A stretch of 50,321 bases of DNA from a virus (IMGVR_UViG_3300030104_006563:1-50321), one strand, 5' to 3'; positions 13,701-20,868 are shown, numbered from the stretch's first letter. Notes: generated by a model from the letters alone, not told the origin. Numbers and translations are program-made.

Positions 13701-16700
13701 TGAGGTTCTTCTTCGTATTAGGAAAGGTGAAGAAATCTCAGGGGGAACTGATTTTGGTTATCAGGATAATGCTGGTCATTGGGAGGAAGACAATGTTATT
13801 GCTCATGCAAGGATGAATACTAGGTATGATAGCAATGGTAATAAAATTCTTTTTATTGAAGAAATTCAATCCGATTGGCATCAAGAAGGTGCTTCAGAGG
13901 GATATATAAAAAGGATACCTGAAGATATTAAAAATAAAATTGATGCATTGAATTTAAAGTACGATGCAATAAAGAGAAAGCGAAATATGTTTAAGCTTTC
14001 AGAATCAGCAGAAAAGCAAAGTGGAGAAGATCGTAAAAAATGGATAGAACTTGATGATAGAATGGAAAAGGTGTTACATGATATAGTAATACTAGAAAAA
14101 CCTTATAAGGGAGCAGTATTAGATGCACCATTTAAAAGCACAGCATGGATACGATTGATATTAAAAAGACTCATAAGACATGGTGCAGAGAATGGATATG
14201 ATGGAATATCTTGGACAACAGGTGCACAGCAGATCGACAGGTGGCAAACAAGCATGAGGCAAAATATAGATGCTTTTCATTGGAATAAGTATGAGGAAAA
14301 TGGAATAGCCTATGTGAAATTAAATGCTATTAAAAATAGATCAAGTGTTGGGAATTTCAATATACCTATAAATGGTAAAGCAGAAATTAATGGTCGACAG
14401 GTTTCTTTAGAAAGATTAGTAGGCAAAGAAACTGCAAAAGAAATTGTTGAAAGCGATACAAAGTTTGGTGTAAAAGAATCAAGCAATCTTTCTATTGGTG
14501 GTGGTATCCATAAATTGATTTATGATAAAGCTATGATAGATATTGCAAACAAGCTTGGAAAAAGATTTGGAGTAAAAGTTGCTACAAACAAAATAATTAC
14601 AGACAGTTTTAGTGGAGTGCTGTGGAGTAAAAATATTAAAGATATAGGGTACGGATTAGGTCAGAGCCCAATTGTTGTAGTTGCTTCCCCAACAGAAACG
14701 ATGTACAAGAATGATTTAAAATATTTCGATGCAAGAAATTACAACAGGATATTTTTAACTAAAAAAGGTGCTGAAAAACATATAAAAGATAATAAAAATT
14801 CAGACATAAGATATGAAATTGTTGAAGCTGGAACAGAGCATCCATATTTAGAATTAAATGAAGATTTAAAGTCTTTTGCTTTAAAGGGACAACCACTATT
14901 CCAAAAAGAAATAGATCAGCCTGTATTCCCAGATACTAAAGTTGTAGACTCTGATGGAAAGCCTTTAGTTGTATATCATGGTACTGCTTATGATTTTAAT
15001 AATCTCTCTGGTGGTAATTGGTTTGCTGAAGATGTCAGTTTTGCTAATGATTGGATGGAAAAAGATTCTGATATGGAAGGTGCTAATCCTAGAATAATAA
15101 GTGCTAATATAAATATTACAAATCCTGTTATTATACCTGAAGACCTTACAGAAATCACAAGTGTTGATGAATGGATATCTAGACTTTCTAACTTGATGAA
15201 TGTTTCTCAGGCTGATTTAGATGTTATGCCAGAAGCGATTAAAAGTGCTATAGAAGGTAGATTTTCTAGAGTTCCAAAAAAACTAACCAATTGGGAAGTT
15301 TTAGACTCTATTATATATGCTGATAATTTCATTGATTGGTTTAAAGGTTTAGGTTATGATGGTTTTGATACTTATGAAACAGGTCAAAGAACTTGGTATG
15401 CTTTTGAGTCAGATCAAATTAAAGAGCTTAAGCCTAGACAAACAAAGCCTAGACCTCAATTTAGAAAAACCTTAGTAGAATCAAAAGAGGGATTTGTAAA
15501 CAAGATGGCTAAACTTTATCAAGCTCTCTCTACATCACTTGGGAAACCAGCATCTAAAAAACAATTTATCGACTCTTTAAATGAAATGGAATACAATGAA
15601 GACTCTGTTAAAAGAGCTCAATTGTTTTATTCTCAAATTAAAAATAAATCGATTATTGAAGAAGGGGAAACTACTCCAATTGAAAAGGATGTAATAAAAC
15701 TTGAAGATAAAATTACTGATTTAGATGAGATAATTGTATCATCTGAAGACAGGAAGGTAATTAAAGAATCAAGGAAGAAGATTGTTAAGATAAGGCAAAG
15801 GATAAAGTCGCTTGTTGCTGGTGAAAGGATTGGCTCTAGGGCAACAAAAATAGAACTCCGTAAACTTAAAATGCTAATTACGAGATATGCTAAGGAAAAC
15901 CTACCAAAGTTCGGAGCAACAAGGGGACAGATATCACCTATCTTAACATCTATATCTAATGCTAAAAATGAAAAGCAATTAGAAGCAGTATTTAATAGAA
16001 TAGATAATATTAGAGAAACTGTATACACTAAGATGTATCTATCCAAGATCAAGAAAGCCTTAAAAAGTCAGAAACTTAAAAAACAAGGTGGGAAGATTAA
16101 AGGAAAGTTAACTGCTGATACTCAGGAGTATATTGAAAAGATTAAAAATATAGTTACGATGAGTCAATTGGAAGCAGATGAGCAGTTGTTCTTCTTTGCT
16201 GAACTTGAAGAGTCTGGAAAGATGGATTCTAAAAGACAGGAAGACAAGTTTCTGATCGAGGTATTTGGTGGACTTAAATCCAAGAGCCTTGAAGAGATAG
16301 AAGAAGCCTATGCAAATTTATTATCTATAATTGATTCTGGTAAAACTTTAAGACTTGCTATGGAAAGCCTTAGAAAGACTAAAAATAAACTGATGGCTGA
16401 CAGGGTTGTTTCTGTTATTCTCCCAAAGGGCAAGGAGGTGCATGGTAAGTTATCTAGAAGGACATTAGGAAGAGATACTTCAAAAACAACATCTCAGGTA
16501 TGGGATATAGTTAGAGGGGTAAATGCAAAGATTCAATCTTTTGAAACCATGCTAGACATTTTCTCTTATAATGATAGAGGGTCTATACCTTTTGATAGTT
16601 ATTTAAATAGAAAGTTTGGGAAATCTCTGAGGAATGCAGATTTAAAAGAGCAAGAAGGTGTAAGGCTTAAAGAGGTTAAGCTTATGGCTAAAGCTCAAGA

Positions 16701-18879
16701 GATATTTGGTTTATCTGGTAGGGCATTAAAGAAAAAGCTGGATAAAAATGAGATGCCTGAACTTGTAGATGTGTTTGTATTAAAAGAAGCACAGCCTGAC
16801 AGATATATGGAAATAGTAATGGAGAAAGGTGAAACCATTCAATTAAAGCTTTCTCAAAATGAATTAGCTCAATATTGGATGTGGCTACAGGATGAAACAT
16901 TACATGGTACATTTAAAAACATGGGCTTTACTCCAGATACTTTAAGCCAGATAGAAGAAGCTCTTGACCCACAGGTGCTTGAATTTGCACAATACCTTTT
17001 AGATGATTTTTATCCTAGTTATTATCCTGATATAAATAAAGTATATAGAAAAATGTTTTATGTCAATATGAATAATAATCCTAAATACTCTCATATTGTA
17101 AGAGAGCATTATGGAAGCGAGGAGGATACAGGTGAAACACTTAATACTTCTGGAGCAATCCCTACAGCTTTCTCTGGACATCTTATTGCTAGAGTGGATA
17201 ATAAAAAGCCATTACAACCCACAGACATGGTCAGGAATGTATTTCAACATATATTCCAGATGGAGCATTTTATATCTCATGCTGAAGCAATAAGAGAAAT
17301 TAGAGCTGTATTCAACAGTTCTGATGTTCAGGCTACATTAGAAGAATATTATGGAATACCTATGATGCAAGTTTTTAACAATTTGTTAGATGATGTTGCT
17401 AGAGGTGGTCTGGATAGGAATAAGATAGTAAAGGAAGTTGATTTCTTTATAAGGAATTTTGTAAGAGCAAAAATTGGATTAAAGCCTGTTATATTTTTAA
17501 AGCAGTTAGCATCTATACCAGCTAGTATGTCTGAGATACCTGTGCATTCATTTATATATGGTACAGGCAAGTTCTTTTTAAATCCGAAAAAAGCACTAGG
17601 CATATTAAGAGAATCTAGGCTTGTTAAGAGCAGAGGTAAGGGTTTTAGTAGAGATGTAAGAGAGCTTTTAAGAAAGTCTAGCTCTAAAAGATTGGCTGAC
17701 AGTAAAGGGTTTAATGAATTTTCAATGAGCCTAGCAAGGCTTGGAGATATATCTGCTATTTTAGTTGGTGGTTATGCTGTATACGACTACCATTATAATA
17801 AGCAAATAGAGTCTGGAGCAACTGAAAAAGAAGCAAAAGATTTTGCTATGGATAAATTTGAACAATCTGCTGAGAGATGGCAACAATCAGGTCAGACTAA
17901 AAACTTATCTGAATTGCAAAGAAGTGGATCGCTTATGAAATTGTTTACAATGTTCCTAAACTCTCCTATTCAATATTTCCAACAAGGTCAAACAGGTCTT
18001 AGAAATCTAATTGCTAAAAGAGGATCGAAAGCACAAAACTTAAAGAGAACTTTTATGGCATACTTTGTACTAAATGCATCCTTTCAGTTTATCTCTGCTG
18101 GATTTAAAGCAGACGATGAAGACTTTTGGAAGAGACTTTCTTTAGCATGGTCTAAAGGTATCCCTGTTTTAGGTGGTGTTGTAGAGTATTTAGCATTCAG
18201 GAAGTTTGGATATTCAATGACTCCACTTGAATCTGTAGTTCCAGATTTAGGTAGGGCTATTGATTCTGGAGAAGATATGGTAAGTGCTCTTGGTGGGAAA
18301 GAAGAATTTTCTGCTAGTGAGTATTACAAGATGGCTGATAATATCCTTGATGTTGTTGGTAGCTTCACAGGTGTTCCATACGAAGGTGTTAGTGGAACTA
18401 TAGAAGGAGTTTATGATGCTTTTGCTGGTAACACAGCCCATCCAATAAAACGATCTTTAGGATTTAGTGACTATGCATTGCATGGTACATCTAACAAATC
18501 ACAAATCTTATTTAAGGAGAGTTTAGATAAGGACTTAACTTTAGAAGAATACTTGAATAAATTGGAACTTAAATTAGAGAAAGATGGAAAGTCTGAAAAG
18601 TCTATCAAGCTAAACAAGTCTAGAATGTCAAAGAGATATAAGGCTTTAAAAGAGGCTGGTGTAGATGATAAGTGGGCTATAGGATTTATTGAGCTTAATA
18701 ATAATGATGATAAAGCAAAATACCTGAAGGGTATGCTGAATGAATTGCCATTCACAGAATTTAAAAAGTATTATGATATCTTTAATCTAAAATCAAAATT
18801 GATATCAAATGACTTGAAAAAATTACTTAGGAGTAATGGAGTGATGAGAGCCATACAGGATAGTAAAGTAAATCCTTAA
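1705..18879 (+). CDS. Giant (5,724 aa) polyvalent internal virion/ejection protein: GNAT, four ADP-ribosyltransferase-like domains, HhH-like domain, zincin metallopeptidase, other unnamed domains, helical C-terminal region
   Basis: GNAT: EGRGKGNAS..WYKKRGF. ART-like: YHST/FHGS/YHIT/YHGT each followed by G(Y/I)DG. Zincin: TIFHEFTH..DEAL. HhH-like: KIGRYILNL..DLWWSR..QAVLW. Confidence 0.85.
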   Translation: MNKNLIEVLHGNLSSDGYQLPDIEEFKINLQDENLRQSFYNNLTSDGYDFGSYEDFSNTVAPSSQPTKPLLPSSGQGNLGSSNSSEGTLKSPPNLWEGVKEFGKTIGFGIERESEDPYNFETAYEYYNALPDFVKEELKETRYGADTLGAGAGTERGMSVSFGDNAISFASAFDLLGEKEQPVLLANINTYINDNTPVDVNNLDDILDASYNKVKNLRSSQVAIDLLEKNKAYHEELMDGNINRYAVKSPDGSMITDKDIVKKMFKQELTDDGLSPSRWEEFEEKGFRKYDLSTGKTITPEKSNPIKAVFKGISNWYNADEIITEKKLTLQNDIAEYKRMLDAGEPVSDAIVQGLVNREKELSEKDNAVDVNDDIRDDLYNKGAIIEENGQEYAFYNKNTGTWFYDNLEELNNPKVPFSKEYKRPHYIQKINLTDNHIAEEDRLSAGEFYTKTLPSKEGAKLIPFAGQGFELSDAYKLYDVSMKLKNDQDIDEEDLVWAKEYVDKLNRDNSFGYDFWKGVASSGQFMAELYFTAGAFTATKEVTEAGLKQAFAKWLKESAEDQINVRLAKLGGKTFASSLGLLSQTTVMGAGRSVSKTLGRQTPDAIIQGDSEEYEIVVDADSEIEPLFTSIWKGYGEQLTENLSERAGTKLMQTLKLPVSFATKKGRAQSGLKLKEYFGLLTSKEREKLSRKALKNAVLKSNPELGETTIESATKKFFKQSQVGTFSEELLEEQYGKFIKDITGIEEFVAPTPDDVLLELSTLAFPQALRKSITEGGKGYRKAKAKSDLIKDLELDLVDDAELIESITIEDIEQGDPAQVQLVQNKSTGKWIVWVNDYNGRLLEDIDFDTENDARKSFQYAVDQISESAFEQQKFKEPTEPKADNIEIAIEEPDEDDSPEIESDIDFDKLEEELDNSGLWELEEELTKKYKIDGDLFNQNTIFEADTWDVERFEVIRENYDKLDNKDKARLDKALTKASQVELKAFESFKKNDESLKDVNYEDAPEIDDSVDSLENTRELIGDDAEEDAQLVRDQNITNANAYRLAIIKANNGSDPFESPSEHIKIFNALVLDGVTEKVKEDEDHVKLAKILSDKVNALYSMDGNLPNYTNNDIEVTLSADLNTGNVAGEQQQGDVMLDFIGSMKSEGRGKGNASKELDRILAEADKLDMSMTLLVDSDEATRNISKTDESGFGKGLSDDELITWYKKRGFLFDRGSKYGYRPKKSNKKVFEKQFNDHQKNTSITIPLKDIDQNDIEFLSDPSVLDPSLLKDGQIYEAGNNKLYLFKDGYVKLITNLKHEVNIGDTPDVISDDKGNSVNWIYHKDSDNKVILKEGSKDIFYSISPTGVKIGGSLFTPTQKKRLNKFIEENPENLKEDGISDGKMFWKLTFDDNTFSTIPTIRFNVERNKKGTPVLTPIEQSITPTGFGLVNQADGTKVALKEIMDSLKEKADKKKERAEKLEASKQELLDRFITPKVKQYIKENIMVTPEEAKEAIEAWKKKPSPKMGLGDNDVEMVSLFLAQNDISDSKFDEVIENGLDSVYKPEVAVEVEKVEGQQFELGTEVFGVAKSTKSNKSGKAIIDGYNEEQDKYSFKDQYSGKPIKKNGNVLWLKGDIVAESVKGFAQKEALKKYNDNINTLPKAVRTDARKSATEFNELLLENDKLVLGDNYDDVVFKAGSDQSTYLRYDLYSQIAKNLNLPDDVDLNNPAERYKALPKLKEWIKNPTEVKVEDDIAWMMDELNVDESELDDTSKSSPVIDKKLNQTIEEVEDEIDQDIKEESDQLSKGQEKVSSKQKKDDRDSQKDDEGRLKQQKPNKKPQFQRELLKDNITIPSKGKDGFGRDIPDWRGAEVYHSTDLEGYEDITKNGYKLVSEGYYGMAVSFTPNLQYSKQFGDRVTVGKLSNDIKILNLNDPADWETFQSITGRKSAQDYPQLVLDAGYDGVYDVGAGDLFIYNPKVVTARKTPQKQYTVQGNLVVLHNFSSSRIEDVEMLGGLPVPSIAITDKEIPFNSFGDVTLVGDMDLINPESPLNEVYDSDIYSKTVPLKLYDVDENALSDRLQKMRTAFETVDRRVSSLDPLGGADLYRVQGGLEFFLQEAKYNRGLQYQFLLDQGINIRLFKRNARLINQYAEATPLRNFFQKYPNLTQSNIEIGSEVHRELTDAIKNSITTYYTNKNIQKILLQGFNDRLDSKGFYAIGSLGHFFTDSKNVGKKVVDTERAEKSIEKALKKVGNDKFYGWVESTFSPYFSNPHFKDGKRKVEWDMDNIVNYMMKGGTTSRQEGMTYSFGRAKSDASKRLKSLDEIRQATKNLTTAKGIKDERESFNELFSPVFDRVNPYYKWDSTWESIDNLNRALGQYNKGKRRGVDAMRSVLKSNDFIDVPSGLIEDIIPLADMMRRSKIQYLEAKPQRAVNLSEFRYAIVPKKTSRKKVDILRKNGVVVKYYDPKKENDRSRVLQKLKKVHFQKNSYVEDVTSIADNDWNESAENVLTKAVGGAKVVYLSNEEMNEEVRKREVDSQDDLELFHGSPHRFDKFTLNKIGTGANENVMGWGLYFTSSESLARHYATHLTNVLGGERNLYKVTLYKDKIAPAKYIALGKEVFLSNLPKNKQDDDGNALPVKKFKSKESAIKWAEKNNEGEYNWLDSDKAVKKFQLKRLQKHWNNIKDSYDEMGSVFNVNQIETLDKTLSQTSWNTQWGSRSKSGEALYTEIQSVLGSRGASKFLLNAGIDGITFMQSQTLDNAPKGRVYVVFDDTAIKIEERIQFQKTTPEKLRVDQVAKKVAGRKVREAGRVRAGTVQGLSNIMDVLADENFDFEGSFEWYRDKVFGAVDIASIELPELRNNSSKQTIFKVLMGITSLGTKVSPNYDYSVSAMRYYLDNGKLEIALNVNGNKVIKAKNKFDKAVTVGALKSSAVGTNALKLQKLIDELGEDGAVDWLMSTHTGKEINEKFGKNFGHLRKGYTYYGMMAFGQKIGRYILNLDGVHDEAVYDLWWSRTWNRWMGTPFKTNKSGKVEKDSKGRPVTQETPRTVVEVDVMDEVVNNLVKELSDMTGFKWSPDQVQAVLWYYEKELYIREGSAQEEGTNYKDQAIRRAKERNYYEQFTTSKDTKVAGGTKGVRGSVEGEQTQDNKGDQKSDKGTREGTGQEDSQVTLSGVQFQRQLSKPQQWVDYFQETTVIDDKGNPLVVYHITDNVFDEFIYKEGGFHFGTEDIHESLRALKGSELNIKMEGYLDIRNPIRLDDMGNFDALDIANKLLEKNILTEDQWSDLEGRLVEPYESDNPDYQTEASNILNDFLLDLGYDGFVYKNSGDTFTNQPKIIVDAKNMVAYVSTLNTLSVMEITPKKDGSKNMFAFYDGSNVYEPVKDLRKDFTKEDLKNIKGLLDNGYEPFNPYTGSNLPVRYDDFVNPKALKDSWIAFKSSQFKLTSNQHPTTDPKVQYQGQEEGSVLGFFDQESGTIYINKDKATKDTIFHEFTHPYINWIRENDSERYNEGIELIKQSPYLDMVKMSQPSLSPAEMLDEALVQAIGEQGARIKNAKDKNKFLAWIKKLFMQFKRAIKKFTGEKLTLDEFTDSVAQSLQAGKELFELESKAGDVQYESGDAPVFYSSTRTVIADKFPEKMKKVSVKNWLKRNQIKQEEIDWLDLDTIFDNDKNQYISKGELYSWVTVNEINVETVMKGYNPNMVEAVELFMENHGHTLEKIKKLQRDDVNFEPVEIGANGNPISYIDKKTGAELSGSFSRQNLEWGWSAFRNLVGQKVMFDHLPVRENIDNLIEYLESKKFENFVIGSSDDLDSGAEFLKDDGDIIFHGYNYYGDGENLNISLSDLKKTISQYDELVESRSKNPLSVRDSYFNQIKAEYKELMSFVYNVKYTNVRVNWMSRTWSAVVPYVDNLEDGVIKKTQIRSKITSLKRAEDVVNDYYRIGTKLDKSSVGSPSSDFSLLLGRYEPFYDFKDDAFIDDVTNMEIDLNYDIHNRHSNQKPRHEGYVQGGASDDYTEVLLRIRKGEEISGGTDFGYQDNAGHWEEDNVIAHARMNTRYDSNGNKILFIEEIQSDWHQEGASEGYIKRIPEDIKNKIDALNLKYDAIKRKRNMFKLSESAEKQSGEDRKKWIELDDRMEKVLHDIVILEKPYKGAVLDAPFKSTAWIRLILKRLIRHGAENGYDGISWTTGAQQIDRWQTSMRQNIDAFHWNKYEENGIAYVKLNAIKNRSSVGNFNIPINGKAEINGRQVSLERLVGKETAKEIVESDTKFGVKESSNLSIGGGIHKLIYDKAMIDIANKLGKRFGVKVATNKIITDSFSGVLWSKNIKDIGYGLGQSPIVVVASPTETMYKNDLKYFDARNYNRIFLTKKGAEKHIKDNKNSDIRYEIVEAGTEHPYLELNEDLKSFALKGQPLFQKEIDQPVFPDTKVVDSDGKPLVVYHGTAYDFNNLSGGNWFAEDVSFANDWMEKDSDMEGANPRIISANINITNPVIIPEDLTEITSVDEWISRLSNLMNVSQADLDVMPEAIKSAIEGRFSRVPKKLTNWEVLDSIIYADNFIDWFKGLGYDGFDTYETGQRTWYAFESDQIKELKPRQTKPRPQFRKTLVESKEGFVNKMAKLYQALSTSLGKPASKKQFIDSLNEMEYNEDSVKRAQLFYSQIKNKSIIEEGETTPIEKDVIKLEDKITDLDEIIVSSEDRKVIKESRKKIVKIRQRIKSLVAGERIGSRATKIELRKLKMLITRYAKENLPKFGATRGQISPILTSISNAKNEKQLEAVFNRIDNIRETVYTKMYLSKIKKALKSQKLKKQGGKIKGKLTADTQEYIEKIKNIVTMSQLEADEQLFFFAELEESGKMDSKRQEDKFLIEVFGGLKSKSLEEIEEAYANLLSIIDSGKTLRLAMESLRKTKNKLMADRVVSVILPKGKEVHGKLSRRTLGRDTSKTTSQVWDIVRGVNAKIQSFETMLDIFSYNDRGSIPFDSYLNRKFGKSLRNADLKEQEGVRLKEVKLMAKAQEIFGLSGRALKKKLDKNEMPELVDVFVLKEAQPDRYMEIVMEKGETIQLKLSQNELAQYWMWLQDETLHGTFKNMGFTPDTLSQIEEALDPQVLEFAQYLLDDFYPSYYPDINKVYRKMFYVNMNNNPKYSHIVREHYGSEEDTGETLNTSGAIPTAFSGHLIARVDNKKPLQPTDMVRNVFQHIFQMEHFISHAEAIREIRAVFNSSDVQATLEEYYGIPMMQVFNNLLDDVARGGLDRNKIVKEVDFFIRNFVRAKIGLKPVIFLKQLASIPASMSEIPVHSFIYGTGKFFLNPKKALGILRESRLVKSRGKGFSRDVRELLRKSSSKRLADSKGFNEFSMSLARLGDISAILVGGYAVYDYHYNKQIESGATEKEAKDFAMDKFEQSAERWQQSGQTKNLSELQRSGSLMKLFTMFLNSPIQYFQQGQTGLRNLIAKRGSKAQNLKRTFMAYFVLNASFQFISAGFKADDEDFWKRLSLAWSKGIPVLGGVVEYLAFRKFGYSMTPLESVVPDLGRAIDSGEDMVSALGGKEEFSASEYYKMADNILDVVGSFTGVPYEGVSGTIEGVYDAFAGNTAHPIKRSLGFSDYALHGTSNKSQILFKESLDKDLTLEEYLNKLELKLEKDGKSEKSIKLNKSRMSKRYKALKEAGVDDKWAIGFIELNNNDDKAKYLKGMLNELPFTEFKKYYDIFNLKSKLISNDLKKLLRSNGVMRAIQDSKVNP

Positions 18880-18899
18880 GGCTAAAGAATAATTATATA
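18876..18899 (+). promoter_or_regulatory. Late-gene motif TTAAGSCTAAA-N6-TTATAT, copy 1
   Basis: Same bipartite motif with the same spacing at 35595 and 39843. Confidence 0.65.
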
Positions 18900-18940
18900 C
18901 CTCAAATTATTAAGGTAATATAACGGAATATTTGAAAAAC

Positions 18941-18980
18941 AAAGACCGATTATAGTGTATTATGCTGTATCGGTTTTTTA
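18941..18980 (+). terminator. Intrinsic terminator-like hairpin
   Basis: ACCGAT...ATCGGT stem followed by a T run, downstream of the giant gene. Confidence 0.65.
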
Positions 18981-18996
18981 ATATTAGGAGATTAAA

Positions 18997-19314
18997 GTGG
19001 CACAATTAACATCAAAAGATTTAGCACCTCATATTATGTCAACATCAGTTGTAACAGTCACAACCTCTGGTACAAGAGTTCAACTTGCTAGTGATAAGTG
19101 CCGAATGGTTAGGGTTGTAAATAATAATGAATCTTATAAAATAATTGTAGGGGATGATACAGTAGCTAAGGCTGGGCTCTCAGACCCAGCTATAGGTCAG
19201 GTTTTAGGAAGATTTGAAAGTATTGTGATTCCTGTTACAAATGCTAATGAACTTTACCTTGATTCAGATACAGATGGTGCTAAAGCATATGTTGAGATAT
19301 TAGGAGATAGATAG
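18997..19314 (+). CDS. Small beta-rich putative virion structural protein
   Basis: GTG start with AGGAG Shine-Dalgarno; beta-sandwich-like pattern. Confidence 0.5.
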   Translation: MAQLTSKDLAPHIMSTSVVTVTTSGTRVQLASDKCRMVRVVNNNESYKIIVGDDTVAKAGLSDPAIGQVLGRFESIVIPVTNANELYLDSDTDGAKAYVEILGDR

Positions 19315-19316
19315 TA

Positions 19317-19712
19317 TTGAAGCCTATCAATAATAGGCGAGAGCATATTGTAAAGCCTAAAAATGTTTCAAGTCAAAAAAGAAGGCTGAAAGCAGAAAGA
19401 ACTACTCTTGAGGATTATGAGATCAAGCTTAAAGAAATTCAGGATACTATTAAATACTATCAGTCCATAGAAGAAACTATTAAGCAAGATATTCACAATG
19501 AAAGAGAGTTGGAAAAGTCGAGGAACAATCCAAAGCCAGAGCCTAAACCTGAACCTAAAAAGGTAACTATTCAAGTAGCTACTGAGGTAGAGGGGGTTAT
19601 GAGATCGATACAGGTAGCTGAAGAAAGTGCTAATATCATTAAAGCTCAAAGGGAAAAGCAAAAGAAAAAGAAAATAATGCTTAAAGACTTAGGCATAAAG
19701 ACGAAAGGATGA
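19317..19712 (+). CDS. Hypothetical coiled-coil protein with PKPEPKPEPK linker
   Basis: Tightly packed ORF in the operon. Confidence 0.6.
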   Translation: MKPINNRREHIVKPKNVSSQKRRLKAERTTLEDYEIKLKEIQDTIKYYQSIEETIKQDIHNERELEKSRNNPKPEPKPEPKKVTIQVATEVEGVMRSIQVAEESANIIKAQREKQKKKKIMLKDLGIKTKG

Positions 19713-19713
19713 A

Positions 19714-20202
19714 ATGATTGATTTTGTTGGTCTAACAAGAAAGTCTGGTAAGGATAAATTTAAAAACTTTGGGAGAGTATTTAAACCTTCTGAGGGTACA
19801 GAGATGTTGATAGTGTCTGGAGAAAATATTGGTGATTTTGATGTCTCAGCAGATATAAGTGAATGGTCTTTTTTCAGGGCTTCAGGTTCGCATATAACTG
19901 GTGGTGGGTGTGAAATATCTTTTGTGAGCTCTGCTGGTCGCATGTCTTTTCAATTTGATATTGAAAGTGGGAAGACTTATACCATAAAAAGCACACTTGG
20001 AAGTAGTGCTTTAACAAGTCCTGTAGTCAAGGTTGGTTCAAATCTAATGGGTGGGCAAGGTTCATATATTGATCAGACAGTAACTACTACTGATTCCGAA
20101 TATAGTTTTACACCTAGCACAACAGGGTCAGCCTATCTTCAATATAAAAATTCAGCTTCTGGAACAACTTTTGTTTATAGTGCGAGTGTTATAGAAGAAT
20201 GA
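19714..20202 (+). CDS. Hypothetical Ser/Thr/Gly-rich beta protein (possibly virion-associated or carbohydrate-binding)
   Basis: AAAGGA Shine-Dalgarno; composition only. Confidence 0.5.
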   Translation: MIDFVGLTRKSGKDKFKNFGRVFKPSEGTEMLIVSGENIGDFDVSADISEWSFFRASGSHITGGGCEISFVSSAGRMSFQFDIESGKTYTIKSTLGSSALTSPVVKVGSNLMGGQGSYIDQTVTTTDSEYSFTPSTTGSAYLQYKNSASGTTFVYSASVIEE

Positions 20203-20651
20203 GAATGGTAAAAACAATTAGAGAAATTGCAGAAGAAGTCTGTGATAGAATGGGTTACAATTCTCCAGAGGTTATAGATTTAATTATAGAAACAGGCTGG
20301 GCAGAATCAGGCTACAGGCATCTAGAACAGGTTAGGGGAGATGCTGTTGGGTTTTTCCAGATAGAGCCTTGGGTTATTGGCGATTGCTGGGACAACTTTA
20401 TAATATATAGAAAAAATTTGATCGAAATAATGTACGAACTAGGGTATCGTGAAAAGTATCCTGTATTTTCCGTACTTACAAATCTTGCTTTACAAATTGC
20501 TTTTTGCAGAATATGTTATAGGAGAAGACCAGAGTCTATTCCAAAGACAATGAAGAAAAGAGCAGAATTGTGGAAGAAGGGGTATAATACAGTTTTAGGG
20601 AAAGGAACAGTTGAACATTATATGAATGCGAATAGAAACAATGGAAAATGA
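20199..20651 (+). CDS. Putative endolysin, lysozyme/lytic-transglycosylase-like fold
   Basis: AESG...AVGFFQIEP...WKKGYNT motifs; neighbours are membrane proteins. Confidence 0.7.
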   Translation: MRMVKTIREIAEEVCDRMGYNSPEVIDLIIETGWAESGYRHLEQVRGDAVGFFQIEPWVIGDCWDNFIIYRKNLIEIMYELGYREKYPVFSVLTNLALQIAFCRICYRRRPESIPKTMKKRAELWKKGYNTVLGKGTVEHYMNANRNNGK

Positions 20652-20868
20652 ATCTGTTAAAGGTTATTTCTGGGGAGCAGTAACTACTACTGTTCTTTTA
20701 GTGCTTACCTACTTAATAGCACCATTATCTGGGAGTGTTGATGAAAATAAGTCCAGCATTGTTTTGCATGAGACAAGGCTTTCTGTCTTGGAGAGTGAAG
20801 TTCAAAATGCCTTTCGTAGGATTGAAAAGAAACTAGATCAAATAGACAAAAGGTTAAATGGTAAATAA
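20641..20868 (+). CDS. Single-TM plus coiled-coil protein (lysis accessory/holin-like)
   Basis: Hydrophobic stretch YFWGAVTTTVLLVLTYLIAPL followed by a heptad pattern; start at 20641 or 20626. Confidence 0.55.
   Translation: MENESVKGYFWGAVTTTVLLVLTYLIAPLSGSVDENKSSIVLHETRLSVLESEVQNAFRRIEKKLDQIDKRLNGK

Noticed and set aside
888-18755. Numerous minus-strand ORFs opposite the large genes
   Set aside because: They are Ser/Phe/Leu-rich antisense shadows of K/E/D-rich coding sequence, with no recognisable motifs.
1705-18879. Virion RNA polymerase (N4- or crAss-type) or DarB-like methylase/helicase in the giant protein
   Set aside because: I did not recognise RNAP catalytic motifs, an NPPY/F methylase motif or helicase Walker motifs; a divergent domain cannot be excluded without profile searches.
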